From positions 1,054,001 to 1,118,000 of the forward strand of contig NC_135768.1 in NCBI RefSeq assembly GCF_052425735.1: a DNA stretch of 64,000 nucleotides, read 5' to 3'. Each line of letters opens with the position of its first letter. Within the stretch, counting starts at the first letter, position 1. Positions 53,536 through 64,000 of the stretch are shown here, piece after piece. The DNA comes from Oculina patagonica (Eukaryota). The notes beneath the pieces were generated by a model that was not told where the DNA came from, did no database searches, and was given only the letters and a program-made list of their open reading frames with translations. The translations under genes and the position numbers were made by a program.

Positions 53536-53996
53536 AAATCGCAGATGCGCACTTTCCATCCAATGACATCTATTTCCAAAGAAAATTTCTATTCCAAACC
53601 ACCATGTTCTGGGACCAAGACTGCAGGCCTTTCCTTTTCATTACGGGAGAGCGGATTGGGTGAGCCGAGAAGTCTCCAAAATCCCATCCCATCAACTACT
53701 TTTCGACTATTTTGAAAGACAAAAAATGACAGGTTAAACAGCTTCTTTAATCACTGGGTACTTGCCTGCCAGCTCGAGACTTTTCCCGCGATTATTTTGG
53801 CTCGCCAGGCAATTTCTTTTTCCAAACAATTGCGCGATGAGGCATGACAGTGTCTGCGTCAGCGGAAAAAAATTGTTGCAAATGTAACCAATGTCTGCAA
53901 AACTGCAGGAAGCACGAGCTCACAGGCTTTCCAGCGAATGTAATCCCTAAAATTTGATAAGCCAAATCTTCGTGGGATATACTCGGGCAGTGGATA

Positions 53997-54500
53997 GTTA
54001 ACAATTATTCCACGAGCACGAGTTGGATATGAGATGGTAGATAGCCAACTCGGCGCTTCGCGCCTCGTTGGCTACAGCTAATTCGAGAAAGGTTGTCGGA
54101 AAAAAGCACAAAAGTGCACGTGACGAGACTGAAAGGTAGTGTGGGAAGAAGTCAAGAGCTACTGCACGTGCTGAGATGGCGACATGACAAACTTGAAATT
54201 GCACGTTTTCTTTCTCTTCCGACATGTGAACACAAGGCACTATTAGCAACGCTGAATTTTAGAAGAATTTTCAAAACTCAAAGACACGCGACAGCAAAAG
54301 TAAAGCTACAGAAAAAGGCCTCCTGAGAAGAAAAACAAAATCTTCACGTGCAAAAATACAAACTTGTACATTTCCTCTAGGCCAATATGCAAAATTCAAG
54401 TGAATACCCAGACCACCACTTTTGTGTTTTTTTCCGACAACCTTTCTCGAATTAGCTGTATAACGAACTCGTATCCAACAAGCGCGAGTGGAATAATTAT
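53997..54500. mobile_element. Palindrome-ended non-autonomous element
   Basis: AATTATTCCACGAGCACGAGTTGGATA...TATCCAACAAGCGCGAGTGGAATAATT. Lies within an insertion absent from the homologous gene A upstream DNA. Confidence 0.6.
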
Positions 54501-54779
54501 AAAAAACCCCAAAGAATTGCAATATTTTAGCTCCCCAGCTAATTCCGTTGACTCATAACGGCTACTGTATTTGTGATAAATGGCATATATGAGCTCATAT
54601 ACCATTGCCAGTTAACCAATCAAAAAGCAGTACAATATGCCATTGCTAGTTTTTAATAAAACCTGGATAGTTCACCGAAACGTTTCACCGTTGGTTATTT
54701 TTTGTTAAATTCTGTTATAGCAACAGGTAGTTACATGTAAGACATTTGTGTCGTCCAATATTGTCGGTATTCGTATTTT

Positions 54780-55350
54780 TCTGACTAACAAATCAGACTT
54801 CTTCTTAACCTGTTCCAGGCGTTTTGTTTCGCAACGCGAAAAACGGCGAGCGAAAAATAAGGGGAGGGGTGTGGGGGAGAAGGCCTCTCGTCGTTCTCCG
54901 CGTTAATCCAGCCTTTTGCACTGCTCCCCAGCTGACCGAACGCCTGATACAGGCTTACTTCTTTCATTGGTTCCTATAACCATTTTATGTTGTTGGGTAG
55001 AGGGAAAAGCACTTCTGGCACTGTCGCCATTTTGTCAAAGGGTTGAACACGATCTGTTGTCACGCGATCGTCACGCCGTGCGTGACAACAGGTTTTCTCC
55101 TTGAGTACCGGTACAAAAGACCAAACAATACACTACTGCTAACCAATGACTCCTAAAAAACGAAATTACAGTGGTTATTCCCTTGTGCACCGGTAAAGCA
55201 GGAAAATTTAAAATTTAGGACACAAATGATGTCAGTGCCAGAAGTGCCTCGCTCTCGACCCAGCAGCATAAAATCAGGAGTCTGATTTGTTAGTCACAAA
55301 TAGTATGATTTAAGACTTTATTGGACGACACAAAGTCTTACACCAAAGTG
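54780..55350. promoter_or_regulatory. Two gene-less UGT upstream-region relics fused face to face at ~55070
   Basis: 54780-55066 is the reverse complement of gene A upstream DNA (~2250-2600). 55076-55350 matches gene C upstream DNA (26796-26855 and 27110-27580). Confidence 0.7.
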
Positions 55351-56098
55351 AGCAACTTTTTTTTCATTTTTATTTATTGCAACAAATAAAAAATTACTTA
55401 CAATGCGATGCGACTTCTTGGCCTACTCACAGTAGTTTCACTAATTACTATCACCGACAGCCGCAACAACTATACCCTTTTTCTGCTACTGGAAAAACTA
55501 GACCCATCCCTCACGCCTGTAACTCCAAAAAATCTCATCTACACGGTACACTCTCGACGTTGCAACAAACAAACAACACCGACGACCAGTAGGCAGACCC
55601 CCCCCCCCCTTCTCCAGACCTACTGCAGTTTAAGGCCATTTTCTCGATTTCTTTCCGGGTTGAGGGGGGGGGGGGGTGGGGGCGTTATAAATCCCATTTC
55701 CATTTTCCAGTTAAAATTTGCCCAAATCTCAGTTCCCATTTTACCCATGCCCCTCAAGTAATTGAGATGTGCCTTTGTGGCACATCTTCTGTGTCTTTTC
55801 ATGCTGGTATGTTAAGTAGGTACCCGAAAGGCACATCTCAAGTAATGTGGATAACTGTTTCATGTCTTGCCACAGCCGAACCCATGTACGTGCTCACTTT
55901 GCCGAGCGCAAAGAATAAGATCCGTAGTATTGGCGAGAGAACGCCTTCCCACTAAAGTACATCTTGTGGCGTTAGTCTTGACGCTGTTGTTTATAGCAGG
56001 AACGCCTGCGTTCTAAGCTTATAAGTTAATTTATGGCTACTGTACAACACGACTACATCTTCTTTAAACGAACAAGCAATTTGACATTTTTTCATCAT

Positions 56099-59000
56099 TT
56101 ACTCTTTCTTAGCTTTCCTATCTATCTTACAGCACACGCGACACAGGCATCTGCATGCCAGTCGTATCACCATGACAACCAAGGTAGCTATAGCAACAAG
56201 GAAAGCCATGACGTCAAGTAGGTAGTACTGATACCAAGGGATGTTAAACACTTGAGCTCTGAGGTGCCGGGCTCCACCATGTCTGAGTACATACTCTATC
56301 CAATCACAGGTTTCTTGAAGAGGCGTTCGTCGACGATCCTTTAACAGGCCAGAGATATGCATTGCTTTGGTTTTGAATCTGAAAAAGAACGTTTTATATT
56401 ATCATTACACTCGCTTATATAAATGTAATCTCTGGCATCTGGAAGCCTTAGATCTTGCCAAATAAGCAAGTTGTGCCGCCGAGATTGTCTCCGTTGTTTA
56501 AAGGGGCTAGGTCACGGTATGTCTATTTTCGTTAATTAAGAGCTTTTAACGTCAAATTGGCAGAGAAAAAGTCATTCAGTGGTTAAATCACGACCACATA
56601 TCAATCTAGGATAATTTTCGAGCATTGTAAATGACACTTTCATACAAATTGAGATAAACTTGAAAAAAGTCGGGCCGACGTTTACCCGAACCGGAAATCC
56701 GTTTAAATCTTCTCAAATTTTGCCCATCCATGCCCCTTTTTGGCCTATCTGTGTTTCTTTTGAGTTTATCTACAGTTTAATTTTAAGCCGTTATTGTGAT
56801 ATTTTCAGTTAATTCTATGACCAGTTGGTCAGTGCCGAAATTGCTGAAAAATGCGTGACATAGCCCCTTTAAGAGGAAATTATTCGGTAAGTTTTTCTGT
56901 AATTAACGGATAACGCTGTCACGCTACATCTCTTTCAGGGAGCCCCCTCCCAATTATTGCTCCACAACAGTCTAACTCAGGATATGGTTCGTTTTGACTT
57001 GCTTGTAAAAGTTTCTCGTGTCTTGTTCAACGTTTACCTGATGCCAAAACGAAATTTAGAATTTTAACAATACATAGTTACCTTGGTTCACTAATGACAC
57101 GCTCAATTGTTTCATACGTTTGTTGGGCGTTACTAGTTTTATAATCCACAGCAAGACCAAGGCCAACATGTTCTACTTTCTTGGCATTACTGTGCTGGTC
57201 TACAAACAAAGGAAACGCCACCACAGGGACACCATGATACGCTGACTCATAAAGACTGTTGTGTCCCACATGGGAGACAAAAGCTTTGATGTCCTTGTGA
57301 GCCAACAGATCGTTCTGAGGTAACCAGTCCACGACTTTAATGCTCGGGGCAAGGAAGGAAGGAATGTAACCTACAAGAGAGAGACATTTGAGTTATTTGT
57401 GACAATAATGTGTCTGGCTTTATTCAACGAACTTGCTTATTTGAATCATTTCAACAGAATAAATGAATGTGACAAAATCCTCACACTGAATGCCTGCACT
57501 AAGATTACTTGCCTAACCAATACACTCTTTTTTTTTTTTATAAGAATCTAGTTTATAAGAATATCGAGGCTGAAATTTGCGAATTTTTAAGAATATTTGA
57601 AGAATAAACCTGAGGCTGAGATTTTGAAAAGAATATAGTTTTTAGTTAAAACAAATCAGGTATTTTCATTTCCGTCACTTTATCTCTGTGAGGATTTTTT
57701 TGTGTAAAGTCAAAACAGCCAGGCTGCAACGAAAAGCAATGGTACATGTGCACAATGTAACACGATACAGATCTGAACACCAAACACTTGTAATTGAGTA
57801 CCCAATACTTGCTAAAACGGAAATGTCAAACAGTATTTTTTAAGAATGTTCATAAGAATATCTTTAGCCTACAATCGGCAGAAAAATAAGAATATTCAGC
57901 CTGGGTCGGAAAAAACTGTATTCTTATAAAAAAAGAGTGTATTTTGCCATGCATGTGGGCATAAAGAACAGCGACATAGCATATTAGACAATCCATTGGA
58001 CAGTTTGCAGGACATACTTGTGAAAGGTGTGCATATTTATCAAGTGAAGTAATTGTTACAGACATATGTTTGCATTGTTAAATACTGTTTACTGAGACAA
58101 TATATCGTGATAGATAAAAGTTCGTAAGGTGTCTGTATAGCCCAGGGGGGGTACTCCGGGATCCAAGTGACGGGGATGTGCGAAGGATTTTTTTGGGGTC
58201 GAAATTTTCGATTCCGGGATTTTTTTGGGTAGGAGAATTTGGCAGGTATTTTTTTGGGTGACTTGATTTAAATAGGGGATTTTTGGGGGTATTAAAATCA
58301 AACTAAAGTGCCTTGGAGCGGCCTTGGCAATTTAGGGGTTATCTGACTAGGGATTTTTTTGGGCGTTTTTTTTGGTCCAGGGATTTTTTTGGGTAATGTC
58401 GGGAGACTTAGGGATTTTTGACTTAGGGACTTTGATCCCGGAGTACCCCCCTGGGCTGTATAGTTTTCTTGAATAACCCGCGAGATATCCACTGTCTTTT
58501 TTTATAACTGAAAACGTTTCCGTGCTTTACGAAACTAATGAATACCTCTGAGTTTCCATACAACTCGCTGTTTCAGCTTTCCAAACGCTGTAGCTAACAT
58601 GTCCACCACTGGCCTTGGAAGGACTGTAGCCACTGAGTTTGCTCCAAAGGAAGCAATTATAAAACCATTTCCCCCTGAATTGCTGACAAATTCTTCTAAA
58701 TCAGCTGGGAGAGGTTTACCGCCTTTGACATTGAGTGGTCCAACCATAACATTGCCTGTTGAGTGTCAGCCCCAAAACATCTTAAATTAAAGTAGAATAT
58801 AGCCAGCAATATAAAGGGATGATTTCCGGTATAAACCAATTTCTATCAATTATCTTTATCAAAAGATTTTTCGTTATCGGTTATTTAAAATATTAAATTT
58901 TGTCAGGCGCCCACTGATTTTGTCCAAAATGCCATTTTCCCGGACAGTTGTTATTTGCGTCTTTAAAGAACACTTCTCACAGTGTCCGCTTTAGAGAAAG

Positions 59001-61316
59001 TTGACTATAATAGTATCATAACTAGTTTCTTTCAATGCGTCAGTTTTAATTACATTCTCGTTCCCATAGCCCTTATCGCTTCTCTTAGCTAGCGAAGCCT
59101 TGGCACGAGAAATAAAGGGCTCTGGGACATAGGATTTTTGAATTAAAATTTTTGATTGGCTGTTTGAAACAAAAAATTCTTGAACGGAAGTTGAAACGCA
59201 ACGACTCTCTCATACATTCTTTTGAAACATCATGACTGCATACACGAAGACCGGAAGTCCTAGAATCTAGGACTGGAAATCCTGTGTTTCCAAAGCCCTT
59301 CGTTTCTCGTGCTATAAACGAGACTGTTTTATCAAAGTGAAAGTGTAATACCCAGTCCCTCGCCCACTTACCAGTCCCCCTTCACCTACCTGGCAACAAA
59401 GGTTGTGCATACTGCAAAGCAAAATCTGCTGTAATAATAACAAGTTCAGCTTCAGCTACAGCTGCCTGAAAGCTTCTGTCGGGTTTGATTTTGTACTTCA
59501 CTTTTAGTACATTCATTGGTCTGTTAAATGCACTAATGAGTAGATTCGCACCAAAGTACACAACCAAATTCACTACACGTTCCTTAAATGTCATTTGATC
59601 GGAAAATCCTGTCAAAAGTTGTGGAACATAAGAGACAGGCATGGGTACCCTGTGGTTTAAAGCCAAAGGAGCGTTTGGAGGAAGAGGCATAATTTCCACT
59701 CTTGGAATGCCAAAGCGTTCACCAAGCATTACCGCAGGACAAACTGCTAGACTGTCATAAACAACGAGATCAAAGCCTTTCAGATCCTCCAGAAAATCTG
59801 TGTTGTTTAAAAAGCTTTCACATATAACCAACAGTACCTCACTAACTTTCATTAATAACTGTAACTTGTTTCCTTCAATTTCACGCCGTACGAAGTCATT
59901 TTCAAAGAAGCCAGGTTTATACGGTACTTGGTATATCTTGTGCGCTACTTTCTCACTTGGTTCAATTTTATGGGACGATGGAACAACCAGAGTTACCTGA
60001 AACAGAAATAAATACAGTGAATCTCGCTAGAACGGCCACTGTGGAACAGAACGAAAAGCTTGTTGTACATGTAAAGAGTGATGGGTTTTAGGGTTTTGGT
60101 GTGTGTTGACTACCCCAAGATTAGTAATCTCGCCTCTTTATAGGGACGGACCATTATTTTTTTGGAGGGGGGGGGGGGGATGAAAAATATTGAAAAAAAT
60201 TGTTTGCAGGGCCTGGAAAGACAAAATAAATTGTTTGCAAACACGATATGTATAACAAAAAATAGTAAGAATTTCGAAAAAAAATGTTTGCAGAGGTGCG
60301 TAAACTAAAAAAAAAGTTTGCAGAGGAAGATTTTTCATCCCCCCCTCCCAAGAAAATAATGGTCCGTCCCTTATTGTGGGTGTGGTAAACGATAAAATGG
60401 TCAAAGAGAAATGGTATTAATGTGCTCCAAAATTGACCTTAATATACTGTTGTTTTGTGTGTGTGTGTGCACTGTGCTGTTATCTTGTAGAGACCTCAAG
60501 TAGAAACCATAACACGTGAAGAAGAGAAAGGGGACTGAAAATAGAACTTTTTCCCATTCCTTCTCGGGCCAGTGTCACGCAGTCATGTCACGCACATTTG
60601 CATTCACGGTGACCATTAGTTGAGGACAACTTCCGCCTCATGTTGGATGAGGTTTTTCCTTTGACCGATGCAATTTATTATCTTGTAGACAACAACCTAA
60701 ACGGCGAATGCAGTACCTCATGAAAGTAGAATAACCTCAACAAATTTCTGTAAATCTGAATCTAAAAATCTTTAAAATAATTGCTGTAATAATTATACTA
60801 TTTGTGTACTAATGCGACGTCGTGTGTAACTTGCAAATTTATAACACTGGGCAGCAGTTGATCGTTTCCTTCGTGGAAACTTTGCGCGAGATCTAAGTCA
60901 GGGTAAAGTAAAGGTAAATAATTTTTTTTTTTTTTTTTTAGGCGTCAGTCTAGGACGCCAAACACTTAATTAGATTTCCGTTAAGCTCCATAATCAAAGA
61001 GATTAAAATAGGGGACTGCTTGAAACAGAATGCAAAGAAACTGAATTCGTTGAATCCTGGCTCGATTTAGCCTCCTACGCAAACGTTCTTCGGTGGGGCG
61101 AACGTTTTGGGGTTCCTGGCGTGACTGTGATAAAGCAAAATCTGGATGCATGTAATAAACATCATTTTCTACCTCATGACCCCTAGAGGCCAGTTCTTCC
61201 ATCGCATGCCTCATGTTAATGTACTGTGATCCACCGGCAGTCCAGAATCCAGCAATCCGGGCCGAGAAAGCTGAGTTCACTGCTAGGGAAAGAAGGAGCA
61301 ACGTAAACAACGCCAT
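56099..61316 (-). CDS. UGT: UGT gene H, 509 aa: exons 61316-61173, 59996-59390, 58755-58546, 57370-57082, 56378-56099
   Basis: Exon lengths 144+607+210+289+280; GT-AG; UGT signature ending PLFVDQ. Closest to gene E (both have GFWTAGGSQY and YDSLAVCPAVMLGER). Confidence 0.93.
56502..56868. mobile_element. Kolobok-like MITE
   Basis: TTAA TSD; TIR AGGGGCTA(G/T)GTCACG. Confidence 0.8.
57523..57939. mobile_element. MITE with TA flanks
   Basis: TIR CACTCTTTTTTTATAAGAAT. Confidence 0.75.
58141..58455. mobile_element. MITE with CCCAGGG termini
   Basis: TIR CCCAGGGGGGTACTCCGGGATC; 8-bp TSD CTGTATAG; internal GGGATTTTTTTGGG repeats. Confidence 0.85.
60142..60371. mobile_element. Harbinger-like MITE
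   Basis: TIR AGGGACGGACCATTATTTT; 3-bp TSD TAT. Confidence 0.8.
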
Positions 61317-61462
61317 CTTTGCTGTTCGTGCTAAAGCCGCTGTCACGCACGCAACACAAAAACACCTCATTACGATATCGCAACCGTACATGTCATTTCG
61401 TCAGCCTAAAGATTGCGTGACTAGGACTCGAATACACACAGTGTTGTACACGAACAGCAAAG
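61317..61462. promoter_or_regulatory. Putative compact bidirectional promoter/5'UTR region between genes H and I
   Basis: Only 146 nt separate the divergent ATGs. GCGTGAC motifs at 61342-61354 and 61413-61421. An inverted paralog lies at 34528-34686. Confidence 0.6.
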
Positions 61463-61606
61463 ATGGCGTTGTTCCCGTTGCTTTTGCTTCCACTAGTAGT
61501 TAACTCAGCTTTATCGGCGAAAATTGCTGGTTTTACTACCCTTGGAGGATCACAGTACATGAACCTGATGCTTACATTGGAAGAATTAGCATCTCGGGGC
61601 CACGAG
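61463..61606 (+). CDS. UGT: UGT gene I, exon 1 only; the rest is beyond the window or lost
   Basis: MALFPLLLLPLVVNSALSAKIAGFTTLGGSQYMNLMLTLEELASRGHE|GTAGAT, 144 nt and intact. No exon 2 seen in 61607-64000. Confidence 0.8.
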
Positions 61607-62090
61607 GTAGATTTTTTTAATTTTTGCATGGTCATGCACAAGTGATCGCGACTGTTCGTGTAGTTATTCTAGTTAGTTATTTTACCAAAGAAACTCACAG
61701 TTTTGGGAAATACCAGAGAACGGGTGGTATTGCTTAAGTTATCATGTTGAAAATTTTGTTATTACAAAATCGTCAAACTGTTGCTCGCGTGTAGTCTCCT
61801 TCGCAGTTATTTAGCTCGTCACGCAACGTGCCTCCTTCACCTTGGTAACGGACCGACCCGAGACGATTTGCATGGGAACGAGCCCGGTTTGAAAGAGTTG
61901 GGTGACATTCTCGTCCCCAGAGTCCATCGTGTTATTTGACAGGGTCTGAGCTTCCACTAACGTTTTATCGATTTATCTTATTAAACCGAGATATTCAGAT
62001 CGAGATGAGTATAAATATGTATTGTTCAGTGCTTTATTCATAATCATCGTCTTGTATGTCAACACATATTTAACTAGGGTTGTCTGCCCG

Positions 62091-62465
62091 CAGAGGCGGC
62101 GGAGCGTTTTGGATCATGGAACGTGAGGGGGGCTAGACTGTTCCAAAAATACTCAGCAGGTTTTCATATTTCAAGCAACTTTTTGTTTTCTAAGCAGTTT
62201 CTAGACCGAAGATTCTCCGATTGTTGTTCGGAAGCCATACGAACGTTTCCCATCATTTTTCGAACTTTTCCGACGATAAACGAAGTTTTTGGAAGACTTC
62301 CAAGAAAGTTTCGAAGATGTTTGAACCAACTTATGAGGCGGAATATCTTGACAAACTAATTTTACGCTGCGCTCGCGAAATTTTCGGCACCAAAACGTGG
62401 GGGGGGGGGGGGGGGGCCCGGGGTGGGGGAGGGGGGACTACAGCCCCCCTGCTCCGCCGCCTATA
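62091..62465. mobile_element. hAT-like MITE
   Basis: Termini CAGAGGCGGCGGAGC / GCTCCGCCGCCTATA; flanking GCCCG repeat. Confidence 0.6.
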
Positions 62466-63738
62466 GCCCGTAGAACCAGGAAACTGTGAACACTACAATT
62501 TATCTTGGAAATGTACGTTTCTGTAGAAAACCATGATATTCAGATCGCGATGACCCTAAATACGTATTGTTCAGTGCTGTATTCATAACCATCGTCTTGT
62601 ATGTCAACGAATATTTAACAGCGAACACATAGGGTGGTCTGACTGTGGAATCAGGAAACCGTGAACACTCAAATCGCAGGAAATATAAAAAGAAATGGAA
62701 AGTGAAGAAGGCAATACGTTATATTTTTGTAGATAATTTTTCAACTATTTTCTTTACTTTCTCTTTCAAGTACATGGCGGTAGGAAGAGAATGCGATGGG
62801 TGCGTCCCCACTGCTCCATGGGCCACAAAGGTCCATTCAATGTGGACTTCAAAAACTTATTTTTTTTTTAAATTTCTAAAGGGAGAATGCCCCCAGAGCA
62901 GCCCCCCCCCCCCCCTCCCATTTCCTTCCCCGCCAAGACGCTCAGGCCTCCGGCGCTCGCACCTTCCCGTCAAAAGTCCTGCTTACGGCCCTGAGGTATA
63001 ATGAAAGTGTTCCTGGATTTTGTATTTCCACGGTAAATCTGCAAACGATGGTACGTAATCACAGCATGAAATTGGGATTTACGTGAAATTAAAGGTGGTT
63101 AAATCTGGTTTAAAGTTGGTTATCCAACTTTACACCATCAATATTGAATGTTGTTAAAGGTGGTTAAACCAATCTTTACGCTACCATGTGTAAATGTGAT
63201 TTAAAGCTGGTGTAAAGAAGTCCCATTACCCTGCCTTTAAACTTGAGTGCAGGGGGGGGGGAGAGAAAGTCGGCACTTTTCTTTGGAGACATAGCAGTGC
63301 CTGGAAACGGTGCGAGTCGACGTCTATATCAATCAAGCCGTTGCTAAGAAAGACGTCACCCAATGTTTTGTTTTCTCAGAAAGATTTAAATATCAATGAC
63401 TGCATGCGTGTGAAATGCGAATAGTGGCGGTGTTTGCGTTTGATGTTTCACGCCACTGATTCCTCACCTGATGTTTCACGTCACTGAGAATGTTTTGGCG
63501 GCGTGGAATACCAAGCGAAAAAATTGGTCACGGTTGACATTTAACAACCAAAAAAAGGTAAATCATTTCAGAATCATTGGAGTTATTTTTAATTGGTATA
63601 ATTCGCAAGCCCTACTTTTGCCAGACTGGACACCGTAATCACTGTTTGTTGTTGTGATGTCCGGCAAACTACAAAAGAACAAACAAAATGCAAATAGCTA
63701 TTGTGTTTTGTACATGTGCACGGTCAAGACCAAGACAT

Positions 63739-63922
63739 AGTCCATTTCGCAGATACGGCAGCCATATTGATTTTGCCCCCAGGGCAATCCTATAATGCTC
63801 ATTGATATGATTTATTCTTTTATTGTGATAATTCTGTAATTACCATCATAAAAACTCTATTAAATATTATAGGATGCCCTGGGGGCAGAATCAACATGGC
63901 GACTGTATCTGCAAAATGGACT
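63739..63922. mobile_element. Hairpin MITE inserted in a 48-bp tandem repeat
   Basis: ~60-bp TIR AGTCCATTT(C/T)GCAGATAC...GCCCCCAGGGCA.TCCTATAAT. The flanking unit TGTTTTGTACATGTGCACGGTCAAGACCAAGACAT recurs at 63704, 63937 and 63985. Confidence 0.75.
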
Positions 63923-64000
63923 ATGCGAACTAGACATGTTTTGTACATGTGCACGGTCAAGACCAAGACATGCGAACTAGACATGTTTTGTACATGTGCA

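Noticed and set aside
17726-61316. Assigning specific vertebrate symbols (UGT2B, UGT8, UGT3)
   Set aside because: This is a lineage-specific expansion; orthology and sugar donor cannot be read from the sequence without a phylogeny or assays.
369-61606. A true UGT1A-type locus with many first exons spliced to one shared set of exons
   Set aside because: Each intact exon 1 (except I, unresolved, and A, truncated by the window) has its own exons 2-5, and the genes lie on both strands.
34401-61606. E/H as an uncollapsed haplotype duplicate
   Set aside because: Many amino-acid differences, indels and different intronic TEs indicate old paralogs rather than alleles.
1972-61641. Recurrent antisense ORFs such as 'STSWPLDASSSS...QNPAIRADKA' and 'MSTTGFGR...PTITLPVE'
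   Set aside because: They are reverse-strand shadows of UGT exons 1, 3 and 4 and recur only because the exons are paralogous.
3326-62430. Poly-G/poly-C runs as functional G-quadruplexes
   Set aside because: Most lie in or beside TE termini and are not conserved among paralogs.

Overview
Eukaryotic, AT-rich, repeat-dense genomic DNA. The SINE/MITE/Penelope repertoire looks like a stony coral or other anthozoan, but that is inference. The window holds a cluster of membrane-bound UDP-glycosyltransferase (UGT, GT1 family) genes that share one 5-exon architecture (intron phases 0,1,1,2). I label them A-I. A (-) is partial, exons 1-2 only. B (-) has a frameshift in exon 3. C(-), D(-), E(+), F(+), G(+) and H(-) are intact at 509-511 aa. 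I (+) shows exon 1 only. Orphan or pseudo copies of exons 1, 2 and 5 are also present. Highlights: (1) no paralog has the canonical His+Asp catalytic dyad; they are His+Glu (C, D, G) or Gln/Ala+Asp (A, B, E, F, H). (2) Exons 4-5 are near-homogenised while exons 1-2 diverge. (3) A ~21-kb inverted block ends in two gene-less promoter segments fused face to face at ~55070. (4) Start codons sit head to head ~150 bp apart, and an XRE-like TTGCGTGAC lies just upstream of most ATGs. (5) Penelope-derived hammerhead ribozymes are present, one in sense orientation just downstream of the gene C stop codon. Introns and spacers are full of SINEs, LINE fragments and nested MITEs. All coordinates were read by eye; no database searches were run.
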